DNA from: Mustelus asterias
Taxonomy: Eukaryota
Assembly: GCF_964213995.1 (NCBI RefSeq)
Contig: NC_135801.1
Location: 124,372,001-124,436,000, forward strand
Reading direction: 5' to 3'
DNA: 64,000 bases
Shown here: positions 52,301-64,000 of the stretch, in pieces
Layout: the number at the start of each line of letters is the position of its first letter
How positions within the stretch are numbered: position 1 is the stretch's first letter
The notes under the pieces: model-generated
The model's database searches: none
Told to the model about the DNA's origin: nothing
The model's input: only the letters and a program-made list of their open reading frames with translations
Made by a program: the position numbers and the translations under genes

Positions 52301-55300
52301 ACCCACGCAGACACGAGGAGAATGTGCAAACTCCACACAGACAGTGACCCAAGCCAGAAATCGAACCCAGATCCCTGGAGCTGTGAAGCAGCAGTGCTAA
52401 CCACTGTACAATTCTTGGTTGGCATCTGTGAGAAGCCTTTAATGTGACTGGCTGTTTGTTGATATGGCTTCAGCTCCACATGGGAAATCCTTACTCAATG
52501 ACGCTGTAATCTGCTGCATAGCGAGAGGTAAAGTTCTCCACACAGAGATCACAAGATCACTCTGTGAGACTTTCTTCATGGTCAACGGCAAGTACCCTTG
52601 CTTCACTGCTGACGGCAGAATTCAGATCATTGAGAGTCTAAATTCAATGTTAAAGTTTATTTATTAGTCACAAGTAGGATTGCAGTAACACTGCAATGAA
52701 GTTACTGTGAAAATCCTCCAGTTGCCACACTCCGACGCCTGTTCGGGTACAGAGGGGGAATTTAGCACGGCCAATGCACCTAACCAGCACGTCCTTCAGA
52801 CCTTCAATGTCTGCAGACTGAGAATGAATTAACGTCAAAGACCAAGGCATCCAGAAGCATCAAATTCCCCACTGTGTCAAAAGAAATCTTTATTCATTAA
52901 AGTTAGCACATTTAATGTTCACATGCCAATATGTGGTTTTCAGCACCTCTACAGTCTGCCTCACTCTTTCTATTTTTATGAGATATTTATTTTCATTAAT
53001 TGCCTCTTCCTTTCTTTTCAATCAATTTGATCATTTAACAAAAACAAAGAAAGCAATCAGAAAAGCAACTGCAGATCCTGATAAAATACAAAATGTTGGA
53101 AACACCCTGCAGGTGAGGCAGCATCTGTGAAGAGCAAGAATTAGCAGTGTGAGTGCAGAACAGCAATATTCAAACAGTGCTCATCTATAACAATTCCAGT
53201 GTTTCCACTCAAAATGTTGGATCTTCTGCTGGCTCCACAGACACTGCCTCAGCTACTGAGGGCTTCCATCATTTTATGCATTTGTCTAAAAAAAAAAGAC
53301 TATAAATCTACCTTTTCTGTGAAGGCATGCAAGGTTTTGAGAGCTTTGTCATGTTCCCTTCCTTCTCCAAACGTATTGAACAGAAAATCAGGCCAAAACC
53401 AAGGCATCTTCTGCCTGCGGTGAACCAAATCACTCATCCTAATCAAAGAGAAATCATTATCTTCATTACAGCGTACTCACGCTCCACCCTACTCACTTAT
53501 TCATAACTGCAAAAGAAGACTTCTGTTTTACAGAGGGCTTGAACAAAATTCAATGCTCACTAAAAGCTTATTTACATCATGCATATTAGCATTTAATTTT
53601 AATTTATTCATGGAACTTGGGCGTCGCTGGCTGACCAGCATTTATTTCCATCCCTTGTTGCCCAAGGGCAGTTGAGAGTCAACCACATTGTTGTGGCTCT
53701 GGAGTCACATGCAGGCCAGACCAGGTAACGATGGCAGATTTCCTTCCATAAAGGACATTAGTGAACCAGATGGGTTTTATTGTGGCTATAACAAAGGGCA
53801 GGGCTCACTGATCTGCACCAAGCAACTCGCCTATTGCCCTTTCAAGGTCTGCTTGCCATCTACAAGATCCAAGCGCTCCTTTGGTCCTGATCTACGTCAG
53901 ATCAGCCATGATCTTATTGAATGGCGGGGCAGGCTCGAGGGGCTTGATGGCCTACTCCTGCTCCTATTTCTTATGTTCTTATGTTCTTATCTTCTGACCA
54001 GCTTTGTTGCCATCACTGACCTCAATTTGCTTATTAAAAAGAATGTCCTCACTGGCTTACATAGGGTGTAGTTCTGTTTAAAGAATCACAGAATTGTTAT
54101 GGCACAGGAGTGGGACATGTGGTGGTGGTGGCATAGTGGTATTATCAACGGATTAGTCATCCAGAGACTCTGGGGAGCCAGATTCAAATTCCAACATGGC
54201 AGATGGTGAAATTTGAATTCAACAAAAATCTGGAATTACAAGTCTGAAGATGACCATGAAACCATTTTTGATTGTTGTAAAAAAAAATCTAGTTCACTAA
54301 CGTCCTTTAGGTGGGGAAATCTGTCAGCTTCACCCAGTCTGCCCTATATGTGAATCCAGATCCACAGCAATGTGCTTATCGCTTAACTCAGTTAAGGATC
54401 AGCAATAAATGCTGGCCTTGCCAGTGATGCCCACATTTGGTCCATCGTGTTTGTACTGACTCTCCAAATGAGTATTATGACTTAGCCTCCCCCTTGTACA
54501 TTGTTTCTATTCAAATACTCATCGAATCCCCTCTTGAATGCCTAGATTGAACCTGCCACCACCACACTTCCAGGCTGTACATTCCAGCCCCAAACAACTT
54601 GTTGTGCTAAAGGTTTTTGCTCACATCACATTTGCTTCTTTTGCAAATCAGTTTTAATCTCTGCCCTCTCATTCTTGGTCCTTTTAGGAGTTAAAATCAA
54701 GTTCAATGCAAAGCAGGCAGATAAAATGACACAGGTGTTCCCCACCAAATTAACTACTCACTGCCTGGTGGAAGTCAGGTGGGTAGAGTTAAAATCCACT
54801 CCATGGCCGGGATTCTCCCAGCCCGCTGCACTACCGTTTCGGGGATTCACGCTGAGTGCCCGGGCCTCCACGTGTCTCTGAGGCTAAGTTTTTTAGCGTC
54901 ATCGGCCATGCTGGCACTGCCCACTGGGTACTGGGCACCGCCAAGGGGACGGGGCCCACTGGGGGGTAGGGACCCACTGCCACTCTGCAAGAGGATTGGT
55001 GGAAGAGGGAGGGAGTGTGGGCTATCGGGGCTGGCCATCGTGGGGGGGGCGGTGGGGGGCTAGCCCAGGTGGATCCAGGAAGCCAGCGATCGGGGGATGG
55101 GGGCCGGAATGTCAACGATCAGGAGGGCTGCAGAGCTGGCCAGCAATCAGGAGGCCGGCGATGGGGGGGGAAGAAAAATAAATAGCTATCCATCCGCACT
55201 GTTAAAATGCACCCAGTAATCAGCAGTACCTGTCAGTCCTTAAATTTACTTTGTATCCAGTATAAGGAGACATTTATTTCTTTAAACTATTATTGAATTT

Positions 55301-58300
55301 GGAACATAGTGTTTTCAAAAGATCAAATTAAAAGCAATAAAAAGTATGGCAACTAACATTAATGGCAGAAATGTATGGACGATCCTGCCACCATTCAATT
55401 CTTCCGTGTGGACTTTATCATGAAGGATCATCTCCTACTTCACATCAGAAGACACAGACAATATAAATGACAAACAGAAAAAGCTATTCATGGAATAAAA
55501 GAAACTCACTTGTAAATTGCAAGTATATATTCCGAGTCACTGTTACTCTGCGCATAGACCTTCTTAGCCATAGCAGTTTCTGGAATAAAAGAATCCTAGT
55601 GGTAAGTAGCATATTCATGCTTATCAAAACATTTAACCTTAATATAAAAAATACCCAAATAAGTTTAAGTTTATAAACACTGATGCTATTTCTCTAGCAT
55701 ATCAAAGGCAGACTAAATATGTCAACACAAAAATTACCAAAGCCACTGACCCAAAAATTCACACATCATTACTCTCCGTGAGAATACATGGGGAGCAGCT
55801 CTGAGTTATGGACTATATCTCAGTCATGGGTAGTGACTGTAACTATAATTAACAACTGGGAACAAGTTACATTATTCATCGATTCTTCATTGTACACTAC
55901 TTCCAAAGTTATTTATAAAAGAGATATATAACATACACTCTAGTCTGATAAACATTTGAAGTTGAGTTTTGAAGCTTATAATTTAGCTTCAATTTACTTA
56001 ATGGAAGTTTAATTATTTCAGCTGTAAAAAAATTTATTTGGCTGAAAATTCAAGGCATCAAATATTAAACATTGTTCAACATTTAAACTCCAATTTTAAC
56101 CCAGATAGGAATCAGGTGGGTAGCAAGCCCCTATGGCCCTCTGTTAAATTTGATGGATTTAAAGGCGGCATGGTGGCACAATGATTAGCACTGCTGCCTC
56201 ACAGTACCAGGGACCCGGGTTCGATTCCTGGCTTGGATCACTGTCTGCGTGGAGTTTGCACGTTCTTCCTGTGTCTGCGTTGCTTTTCTCTGGGTGCTCC
56301 GGTTTCCTCCCACAGTCCAAAGATGTGCAGGTTAGATTGATTGGCCATGTTAAATTGCCCCTTAGTGTCAGGAGGATTTGGAGGGTAAATATGTGGGGTT
56401 TTGAGGGATAAGATCTGGGTGGCATTGTTGTCGGTGCAGGCTCGATGGGCCAAATGGCCTCCTTCTGCACTGTAGATTCTATGATAGGCTGTCCTTATAA
56501 TCAGTCACAGAATTAAGCAGCACCCATGTGACTGCGTGCAATTTATAGCACAAGTCTCAAGGCCAGCTTAATGCTAAGTTGCATTCTCAGTCTGCGTGCT
56601 TTTCATTCTATAATTTCTTTGAGAGTTGTTGGCAAGACTGGGCAAGCCTGCTCCCTCCACCCCACCTCACATTTCTGATAGATACTTGCAGGTCTGTGGT
56701 GAAAGTGAGGATCACTTCAGAAAGCAATACTTCTCCAGAAACACACAAGTGCCAGGATGAAGCAGACCTAAATAAATTTGGCTGATAGGGCCAATGGTAG
56801 CAGAATGCCTCCAAGATCCAGCATTCAATACAAGAAGATATCCAATGACCTTAGAGTGGCAAGGGCAAGTACAGTTTTTCATTTCTCAACAGCAACTCTC
56901 AACACTACTTTCAACCTCTTCCCCACATCCTTCAACCTACACCCACAAAGGCACAGCTCTTTCTCATTTCAAAACACACTCCCCCCTTCCTCTCTTTATA
57001 CTGTATGTATACTTACATCATTCTCTTCTGACATACTCCCACTACTCCTTTTGATGTTACCCAAATAAGTTGAGCCAGGCCTTTCAGGAGTGAAATTAGG
57101 AAATTTCTCTTCCTGCAAAGGGTGGCAGAAGTTTGGAACTCTCTTCTGAAAACACCAATTGATGCTGTTAATTTTAGAACTGAGATTGATAGATTTTTGT
57201 TAGCCAAAGGTAGTAAAGGATTATAGGCTTGGGTGTGTTTACAGAGGCAGGTCACTGATCAGTCATAGAACCATAGAAAAATTACAACACAGGAGGCGGC
57301 TGTTTGGCCCATCTTGTCCATGCCAGCCCGAGGACAACCTGGTGCCCTTTCTAATCCTACTTTCCTGCACCTGGCCCATGGTCCTGTAGCTTACAACACT
57401 GAAAATGCAGATCCAGGTATTTTTTAAAAAGAGTTTAGGGTCTCTGCCCCCACCATCAACTCAGGTCGTGAATTCCAGGCACCCACTACCCTCTGCATAA
57501 AAAGTTCTTCCTCATGTCCCCTCTACACCTACTGCCACTTATTTTGAATCCATGTACCCTGGTTCCAGAATTCTCCACCAAGGAAAACTATTTTATTCTG
57601 TCCATTCTATCTCTTCCCCTCATGATCTCATTGAATGGTGGAAGGGGCTGAAGGGCCTACTCTTTTTCCTATGTTCCTGCCCTTGCAACTGCAATCACTT
57701 CCTTCCTGTAATGTGGGGGCTAGAACTGTATGTAGTATTCTAGCTGTGGCCCCACTTGTGTTTACACAGGTCTAGCATGGCTTTCCTGCTCTTACATTAG
57801 AGGGTCAATAGCATAGTGGACTGGACTGATAATCCAGGGGCCCTGGGTAATGCTTTAGAGACAGGAGTTCAAATCCTGGATGTGGAATTTAAATCCAATT
57901 AAAAATCTGGAGTAAAATGCAAAATTGATGACCATGAAATTACCAGATCATAAAATCCCATCTGGTTCTTTAATGTCCTTCAAGGGAGGAAATCTGCTAT
58001 GCTCGAGTTTATTTTATCTTCTTTGTTGCTCCTTAACATCCATGAGGCTCTAGATTAGGGAGGCCCACTCTTTTTCTGATCCCTGCTGCCATTTTCTTCA
58101 ATGCTTCCTCCTGCCCAGCCTCTGATTTTCACCCAAGTAACTGATTCCAGTCCACTTTTGCCAAATCACACCTCAACAGGGTAAATCTCTCCCGAATTGA
58201 GAACTTCCACTCCTACTACAATTATCGATGTGCGGGCCAGGTCACCAAGGCATTAAGTTGTAACAGAGGAGCCAGTCTACAGACAACATAGAAAGGTATA

Positions 58301-61300
58301 CAAGAACAAGATTGAAATAATGAAGAAGTAGGTAAAACACTTCAGGAAGCCAGGTTAGCAGCATGGTCAGACAAGTGGAAGATACAATTTAACACAAAGA
58401 AACAGGAGGCATTCACTTTGAGTGGCGTGTACAGTACTCACAACAGAAAAATACCCAACACTGTGAATGAAGAGACTCTTAGGGATTTAAATATATAATT
58501 TCCCAATTGCGTCAATGCAGATGGTTAAGTCATTAAATGAGGCCTTAGAGTAAAATTATACAAGTCATTAATAACGCCAATTAGTAAACTGCAGACAGAT
58601 ATTCATGACCCCTTAGAGAATAATATTAAAACCATGGATTCACCAGGAAGATGCCAGTGATGGGAAATTATCGTTACAAGGAGACAAGACAAATATTTCT
58701 ACTTGAGCAGAGAAGCCAATGAGGAGGCCAAATGGTTTTTCTAAAATTCCGAAAGCCTTTGATATAATAAATAGGCAAAGTGTTCCCTCAAGCTAACCCA
58801 TCAGTGACCAGGGTTCATCAACTTAATACTATCACTAAAACAACAAGGAAAAAGAGTTCAGGGGCAAAGTTTCTGATGCAGCAGATTATTGCTTTGTCAC
58901 TGATAATGCTTGAGGTAGGGACCACTGCATGTTTTAAAGAATAAAAATCAAACATTTGAAACGAAAGATATGTCACTACAGAGGAAAAGGGATTAATTTT
59001 GAATTGCTCTAGTGAAGGGCCAACACTCAACTGAATACCCTCCTCTGAGCTGTGAACTCTTATTTGTCCATATATGTTTCCCATTCTAAGTTTGTCCCAA
59101 CTCACCACAGATTACGTCCAAAGCACAGAGAGTGATATCATTGAAGCAGTTAAAAGGTCCCTTTCCCACTTTCTTCTCCCATTTTTCCAGTAAAACATTG
59201 CTCTGCTCATTCATAACCTCTAGAAATTCCGCCAGAATTGTGAAATGAAATGTTGGAGTTATCGATTTTCTCCTCGCGCGCCATTTATTTCCTGTACTGT
59301 AAAGCAAAGAGTAGGAAATTATTTCTACACAATCAGGCTTTATTTGATAGCAGTTTAAGAAAGTAACTATAAAGAGAGAAGGCCAACCTCACACCAGAAG
59401 CTGTAATAAAAATATTAATGCCCCCAAGTGTCCGCTGAACTGGTACTGGCCAACGTGACAATTTATCATACTAATCCCCCTGACACTAAGGGGCAATTTA
59501 TCATTGCAATCCACCAAACCCACACATAGTGTGTGTGTGTGTGGGAGGAAACCAGATTATTTATGGCTGACCGAGAGATTAGGCCATACTTCAAAATTAA
59601 ACAAATGAGATCATTTGCATTTATTGATTTTGATGATGTGAAGTAACTCAGATGCCTAGCGCTGAACATAGACTAAAAATTACCATCAATTATGTTATTG
59701 AACAATATTTTGAGGAAATATCAAATTCTTCAGAATTTTGAAAAAACATTTTTAAATTAAACTGGACAACACTTCCAGTATACCAACAGAGAGAGTTATG
59801 TGTAAGTAAATTAAGCATTTGTGCAAACTTACATCATGGAGCAGTACTTATAAAAAATCAGCTGTTTGTGTCTTAATCTGATATTGAACAATGATACATT
59901 GAACAATGCTACCATATGTGGTAGCATAGAATTATACAGCATGTAAAGAGGCTATTCGGCCAACTCTGTCTTTACTGGCTCTTTGAAAGAGCTATCCAGT
60001 TAATCCCATTTTTCATTTTATTCATTCATAAAGTGTGGGCATTGGTGGCAGGGCCAGCATTTATTCCCTATGTCCGATGGCCCTTGTGAAGGTGGTGATG
60101 AACTGTTGCCTTCTACTACTGCATTGCATGTGGTTCAAATACACCCACAGTACTGTTGGAGAGGGAGTTATATGATTTTGATCCAAAGACAGTGAAGGAA
60201 TGGCAATATAATTGGCCAAATAAAGATGCATATGTGACTTGGAGAAGAATTTGGAAGTGGTTGTATTTCTATGTATTTGCTGCCTTTGTCCTTCAAGGTA
60301 ACAGAGGTTGTGAGTTTAGAAAGTGCTGGCAAAGAAGCTTTGCTGAGTATCTGCAGTGCATCCTGTAATATAGTAACACTGCTGCCACTGTGAGTTGGTG
60401 GTGGAGGGAGTGAATGTTTATTATGGTAGATGAGGTTCCAATCAAGCTCAAACATCATATTGCTGAAGTTCTGTCTTGTAGATGCTGAAAAGGCTCTCAG
60501 GGAGTCAGGAGGTGTATAATGCATCGCAGAATACCTAGCCTCTGACCAACTCTTCCTGTCACAGTATTATGAGGTTGGTCCAGTTAAATTTCTGATTATT
60601 CGTCTAATTATTCTCCAAAGCCCTGCTATTTTTTTCCCGATACGAGTATGTAACCATCTCAAGGGCAGTTAGGGATGGGTAATAAACGCAGGCCGAACCA
60701 GTGACACCTACATTCCATAATGATTTTTTTTCTAATTAATTTCTTTTTAAAAATCAACTGACTTGATTTATGTTAACTGAAATTTATGGCACTTTCCTCA
60801 ACCTTATCAGAGAGAGGATGTTGCAATATGTTGTCTTATCATATTGAGCATGTATAAAGTATTATTCATGCTACAGGGCAAAGTTCTACACCCTTTCTGA
60901 TATTAATATCAGAATTCACGTTAATTCTATATTAACGTGGCATGTTACAGTTCACTCAGGAAGTCCAAGTCACTGTGGCAACTTGCACTTTTTACAAGCA
61001 TGTTGTAGTCTGGAACTATGGATAGTGAAGGTAAAGGCTCCACCTTTCTTTTTATCACCGGCTGGCCAGGCTTCTATCCTGCTCTTCCGCCTGCTATTGC
61101 TGTGTGTTGGAGGGATTTGCGGGTTGATATGCAATCTGCTTGGCCACATTATGAACACACCTTCCTTGCCCATCAAGTCCTGGGATGGTACTAAAGCCCA
61201 GAGCTTCTGGCACAGAGGCAGGGGCACTACCCACTGCACCACAACACCTTCCTCATTTCTATATTTTTCCAGCTTAAATGAAAATTAATGGGGTGCAGTA

Positions 61301-63500
61301 ACGTAGTAATCCAAACGCCTGATCTGATGATACTGAGATACAAGTTCAAGTCTAATCTCGGGAGTCGGGAATTTAAATTAAATTCGTCCAATAAATCTGG
61401 ACAAAAAAACTAGTGTCAGTAAAAGTGATGATGAAATTACTGGATTGTCACTAATTTCCTTTCCATCCTTATTCTATATGTGACTCCAGACCAAAGCAAT
61501 GTGGTTGACTCTTAAATGCCGTCTATTTAAGGTGAGAGTTCACCATCACCTTCTTGATGGCAATTAGGAATGGGTAACAAACAGTGGCCTTGTTAACAAC
61601 ATCCATATCCTGTGAATAAAAGTCAAATGTTCACCACAAAGAAAAAAAATACACACATTACTGGATAAAAGAAAGGCCTTCATATGGACAGGATGGAAAT
61701 TAATCATGATAGTTAACATCGGAGAGAAATACCAACAAGTAATAGTGTATGTTCACGAATAGGGTAACCTGCCAACATAGCTGAACTTTCATTTCATTTT
61801 ATTCCCTAATTGTACAGCACAGCAATTAACTCATTTATGACAGTTCACTTTATGTAATCTAAAATAACTGAACACAAAGTGCAGTTTTGCTGACATAATA
61901 AACTGTATCTTTGCATGCTTAAATAAAGTAAAGGTTTATTTTTTACGCATAAATACAGATTTAGTTCCTTGATCATTGATGAATGGAACAAAGTTCAGAT
62001 AATTAATCCTGCTTCTATTTCATTGCAAACACATTGGGAAACAGTGTGAACTATTTTATTCCCCCGTTATACATTTCTTCTGATTTTCATTGACTTCAAT
62101 GGAAATGAAAATCAGCAGAGATGAGGAACAGACAACTGAACTGCCAACACCTGCTTCACAAAGTCAAATCGACTCCCCGATTGGATCTTCAGTCCCTTTG
62201 AGAAGGTAGATGTGCTGAATTCTAGTGACTGCATAATTGAGCCTTGTGATAACATAAGGGATCATAGTGAAAGGTCAGTAACAAGCTCTCTCAACATTTC
62301 TGAGATCAAACAGATTTAAATGCACAAACTCATGATCCAACAGTTGCATTGTAGACAATTTTAGCACAACGAAATGCAGCTCCACTGTACTTCAGAAAAC
62401 TCTGTCTATACTTATCACTTCCCATGTGCCAGGGTTCCCACAAAAAGACAAAGCAGCAAATAATATACTTCTGGATAGGAACATAATTTTTTTATATATC
62501 AGAATATTTGTCTCTTACCTTTGTGCATGCACCAGTTAAAGAGTTAGTGCAAGGGAAGCCACATATTCAGTAAATTTTAATAAATGTTTGTTCTAAGTAG
62601 TCTAGTTCAAGTGAACCATCCAATCTTTTAATTATTTAGTATATAATGCAATAATCTAATCCACTTGTTCGTTGAGATGGATGCATCTATTTCCCTGGTG
62701 GTGTTAACATAATAAATTGAAGATGGGTAGCTTGAATTTCAGATCCCAAAAGTCAGTGATATTTTATCACATATAACTTCACACCCAGCTTTGAGCACAT
62801 ATGGCCAAATGTAATGGGACTCTAACCATAATTAATGGCTTTTAATAAAGAAATCTGTCACTCAAGATTAGTAAAAGCAGCAGCAGATGCAACATGACCC
62901 TTCTCAGTGAGCACAAGTTGCCGGACAATTCCCCACCTCATAAATCTAACACCATAGTGAGGTGAACAAAGTTCAGGTGATACCTGACAGAGAAAAGCTG
63001 ATGAAAACTGTTCAGTAACTCCCTGGTGAAACAGAACACCACTAAAATGGCAGCAAGACCTCTGCTTGACATCTTCTCAGCAAAAGATGGACAGAGGAAC
63101 TGAAGCAGAGGAGGAAGGTAACAAAACATTTAAAATATATTCACATTACCAAACTAAGACAATCTAAATATACTTTTAAAATATCTCGCACTATTACTGC
63201 AGTCCTACTGAAGATGACAGCTAACAATGACTTTAATTATGATGACAGTGAACAAAGACACTCCTTTTTTGCATTAGTAAGAAATCTAATCATCAAAGAT
63301 TATCTTTATATTATGATGACAACTTTGCAGAAAATTACTCTCGTATAAATCATTTCATTGTGATCTGACCAGAGCAAAGGTTCTATCAGATATATGTAGA
63401 TGCAATAACCATACCTCGTCAATAGTCCTGTGCCAAGCCAGGGATGAAGAAACTTGTATGCATAGGATTTATCAAGATGCTTGGAACTGCGCAGTATCAC
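31154..63500 (-). CDS. CYP4V2: Cytochrome P450 4V2-like, 5'-partial: join(63415-63500,59106-59296,55510-55579,53312-53438,51124-51312,40958-41060,37644-37778,34991-35170,31154-31317)
   Basis: Nine GT-AG exons in one frame. Motifs [23 protein letters not shown]-helix [14 protein letters not shown], ExxR (ESLR), PERF and heme loop [10 protein letters not shown]. Exon sizes 86/191/70/127/189/103/135/180 fit the CYP4V2 layout as recalled. Confidence 0.93.
31915..32227 (+). mobile_element. CR1 3'-end fragment
   Basis: Reverse complement of the CR1 end at 10843-11150; (GTTCTTT)n tail. Confidence 0.85.
34991..35170 (-). CDS. CYP4V2: CYP4V2 exon 10: GFKIPKGV...FRPERF...[10 protein letters not shown]
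   Basis: 180 bp; PERF and heme-ligand Cys. Confidence 0.95.
37644..37778 (-). CDS. CYP4V2: CYP4V2 exon 9: [44 protein letters not shown]
   Basis: 135 bp; ExxR motif. Confidence 0.94.
38720..40730 (-). mobile_element. Old LINE (same family as 15265-16430) with nested SINE and internal duplications
   Basis: [35 protein letters not shown]; W.DKWQVTF.PQNCQ. Confidence 0.75.
40035..40356 (-). mobile_element. HE1/V-SINE-type SINE nested in a LINE
   Basis: Head, core and tail present. Confidence 0.85.
40958..41060 (-). CDS. CYP4V2: CYP4V2 exon 8: [34 protein letters not shown]
   Basis: 103 bp; GHDTT motif. Confidence 0.95.
41921..42951. mobile_element. Non-autonomous DNA transposon (PIF/Harbinger-like MITE)
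   Basis: Perfect 18-bp TIR GGGCCCGATTTTACCATT, 3-bp TSD ACA, GC-rich interior, no transposase. Confidence 0.82.
43120..44760 (-). mobile_element. Old CR1 interrupted by a Penelope fragment and by a Rex/Babar-like 3' end (about 44065-44440)
   Basis: [22 protein letters not shown] and flanking CR1-like sequence. Confidence 0.75.
43385..43762 (-). mobile_element. Penelope 3'-end fragment with 108-bp fold-back, in CYP4V2 intron 7
   Basis: Same sequence as the 3' UTR of the larger copies (7-nt deletion); inverted arms 43544-43651 and 43655-43762. Confidence 0.9.
45491..45757 (-). mobile_element. Diverged HE1/V-SINE-type SINE
   Basis: Head and core present, internal deletions. Confidence 0.8.
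45948..46286 (+). mobile_element. HE1/V-SINE-type SINE, full length
   Basis: GGGGCGGCACGGTAGCACAGTGG..GGTTCGATTCC..TTCTATGA. Confidence 0.92.
46365..47556 (+). mobile_element. Rex1/Babar-like non-LTR retrotransposon, 3' part
   Basis: [39 protein letters not shown]; (AATCA)n tail. Confidence 0.85.
48147..48267. mobile_element. Possible small MITE
   Basis: Imperfect TIR GCCGGTATTTTA / TAAACCTCCGGC; GC-rich island in an AT-rich intron. Confidence 0.4.
50910..51113. mobile_element. Short Harbinger-like MITE next to the exon 7 donor
   Basis: Imperfect TIR GGGTGGGTTTC / GAAAATCCCACCC, GC-rich interior. Confidence 0.55.
51124..51312 (-). CDS. CYP4V2: CYP4V2 exon 7: VIAER...KAFLDLLL...[12 protein letters not shown]
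   Basis: 189 bp; start of the CYP4 I-helix signature. Confidence 0.94.
52081..52407 (-). mobile_element. HE1/V-SINE-type SINE
   Basis: Core and tail present, head slightly truncated. Confidence 0.88.
53312..53438 (-). CDS. CYP4V2: CYP4V2 exon 6: [42 protein letters not shown]
   Basis: 127 bp, in frame with both neighbours. Confidence 0.92.
55510..55579 (-). CDS. CYP4V2: CYP4V2 exon 5: [23 protein letters not shown]
   Basis: 70 bp, ttccag acceptor, GTGAGT donor. Confidence 0.9.
56164..56485 (+). mobile_element. HE1/V-SINE-type SINE
   Basis: Head, core and tail present. Confidence 0.88.
59106..59296 (-). CDS. CYP4V2: CYP4V2 exon 4: [19 protein letters not shown]...TLCALDVIC
   Basis: 191 bp; WxxxR C-helix motif. 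Confidence 0.94.
60025..60600 (-). mobile_element. Old LINE 3' fragment, same family
   Basis: Nucleotide similarity to 38720-39500 and 15265-15740. Confidence 0.55.
63415..63500 (-). CDS. CYP4V2: CYP4V2 exon 3: [28 protein letters not shown]
   Basis: 86 bp, tag acceptor, AG|GTATGG donor. Confidence 0.92.
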
Positions 63501-64000
63501 CTATAGGATAACAAGACGAGATACACTCGAGTCTGCATTTTTAATAGAACCTCAATTAATGTTTATATACTTGTAAGAAATGATAAACTGCTCTTATGTT
63601 CCAATCTAGCAGTTCAAAACAAAATAATCAAAAACACTCTTTGCCAACATTGCAGTTTTGGTCATTCACACTGACCTATGCAGTGCGCCGACTCCACTGT
63701 TGTACAACAAGGTGAAAATTTACAAATTTCTGATCTGCTTTAAAATCTGAACAGTTTATTTTCAGTTCAAAATATTTTAAATCCTATTCATGCAAATATT
63801 GTCCAAAAAGGTTATCTATATCAGCACTCCGGCAGGACAGATTGTATAATTTACATTACATTGCAGGCCTAGTGAAGTACAAAAGCAGAGAGTGCACCAA
63901 TCATTTATTTTTCTCCAATACAGCTGATAGATGGTCCAGTCCCCAATATTTGTCCCAGTCCCATAGGCAGCAACACTCTTCCAGAGTCTTCCAGAGCCTG

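Noticed and set aside
1-64000. CRISPR arrays, operons or other prokaryotic systems
   Set aside because: The sequence is intron-containing vertebrate DNA, and no regularly spaced short direct repeats with unique spacers were seen.

Overview
Repeat-rich vertebrate DNA, almost certainly from a shark or other elasmobranch (many HE1/V-SINE-type tRNA SINEs, CR1 LINEs, Penelope-like elements). Two genes lie on the minus strand in tandem. (1) CYP4V2-like cytochrome P450: exons 3-11 at 63500->31154; exons 1-2 lie beyond the right edge. (2) About 13.4 kb downstream, in the position held by KLKB1/F11 in tetrapods, is a predicted secreted apple(PAN)-domain gene. It has a signal-peptide exon (17719-17788) followed by a tandemly amplified four-exon, two-apple unit of about 4.1-5.4 kb. 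Five complete apple domains (A-B-A-B-A) are in the window and the array runs off the left edge, so the gene exceeds the four apples of prekallikrein/factor XI. Whether it ends in a protease domain cannot be seen. A very young Penelope-like family (RT + GIY-YIG) is present as a 5-kb palindromic insertion with a 14-bp TSD, a truncated copy with a 13-bp TSD and a fold-back fragment, all carrying minimal hammerhead-ribozyme motifs. A solo LTR sits about 390 bp upstream of the apple-gene ATG. Exon boundaries were read by hand from GT-AG sites and reading frame; TE boundaries are approximate unless a TSD is given.
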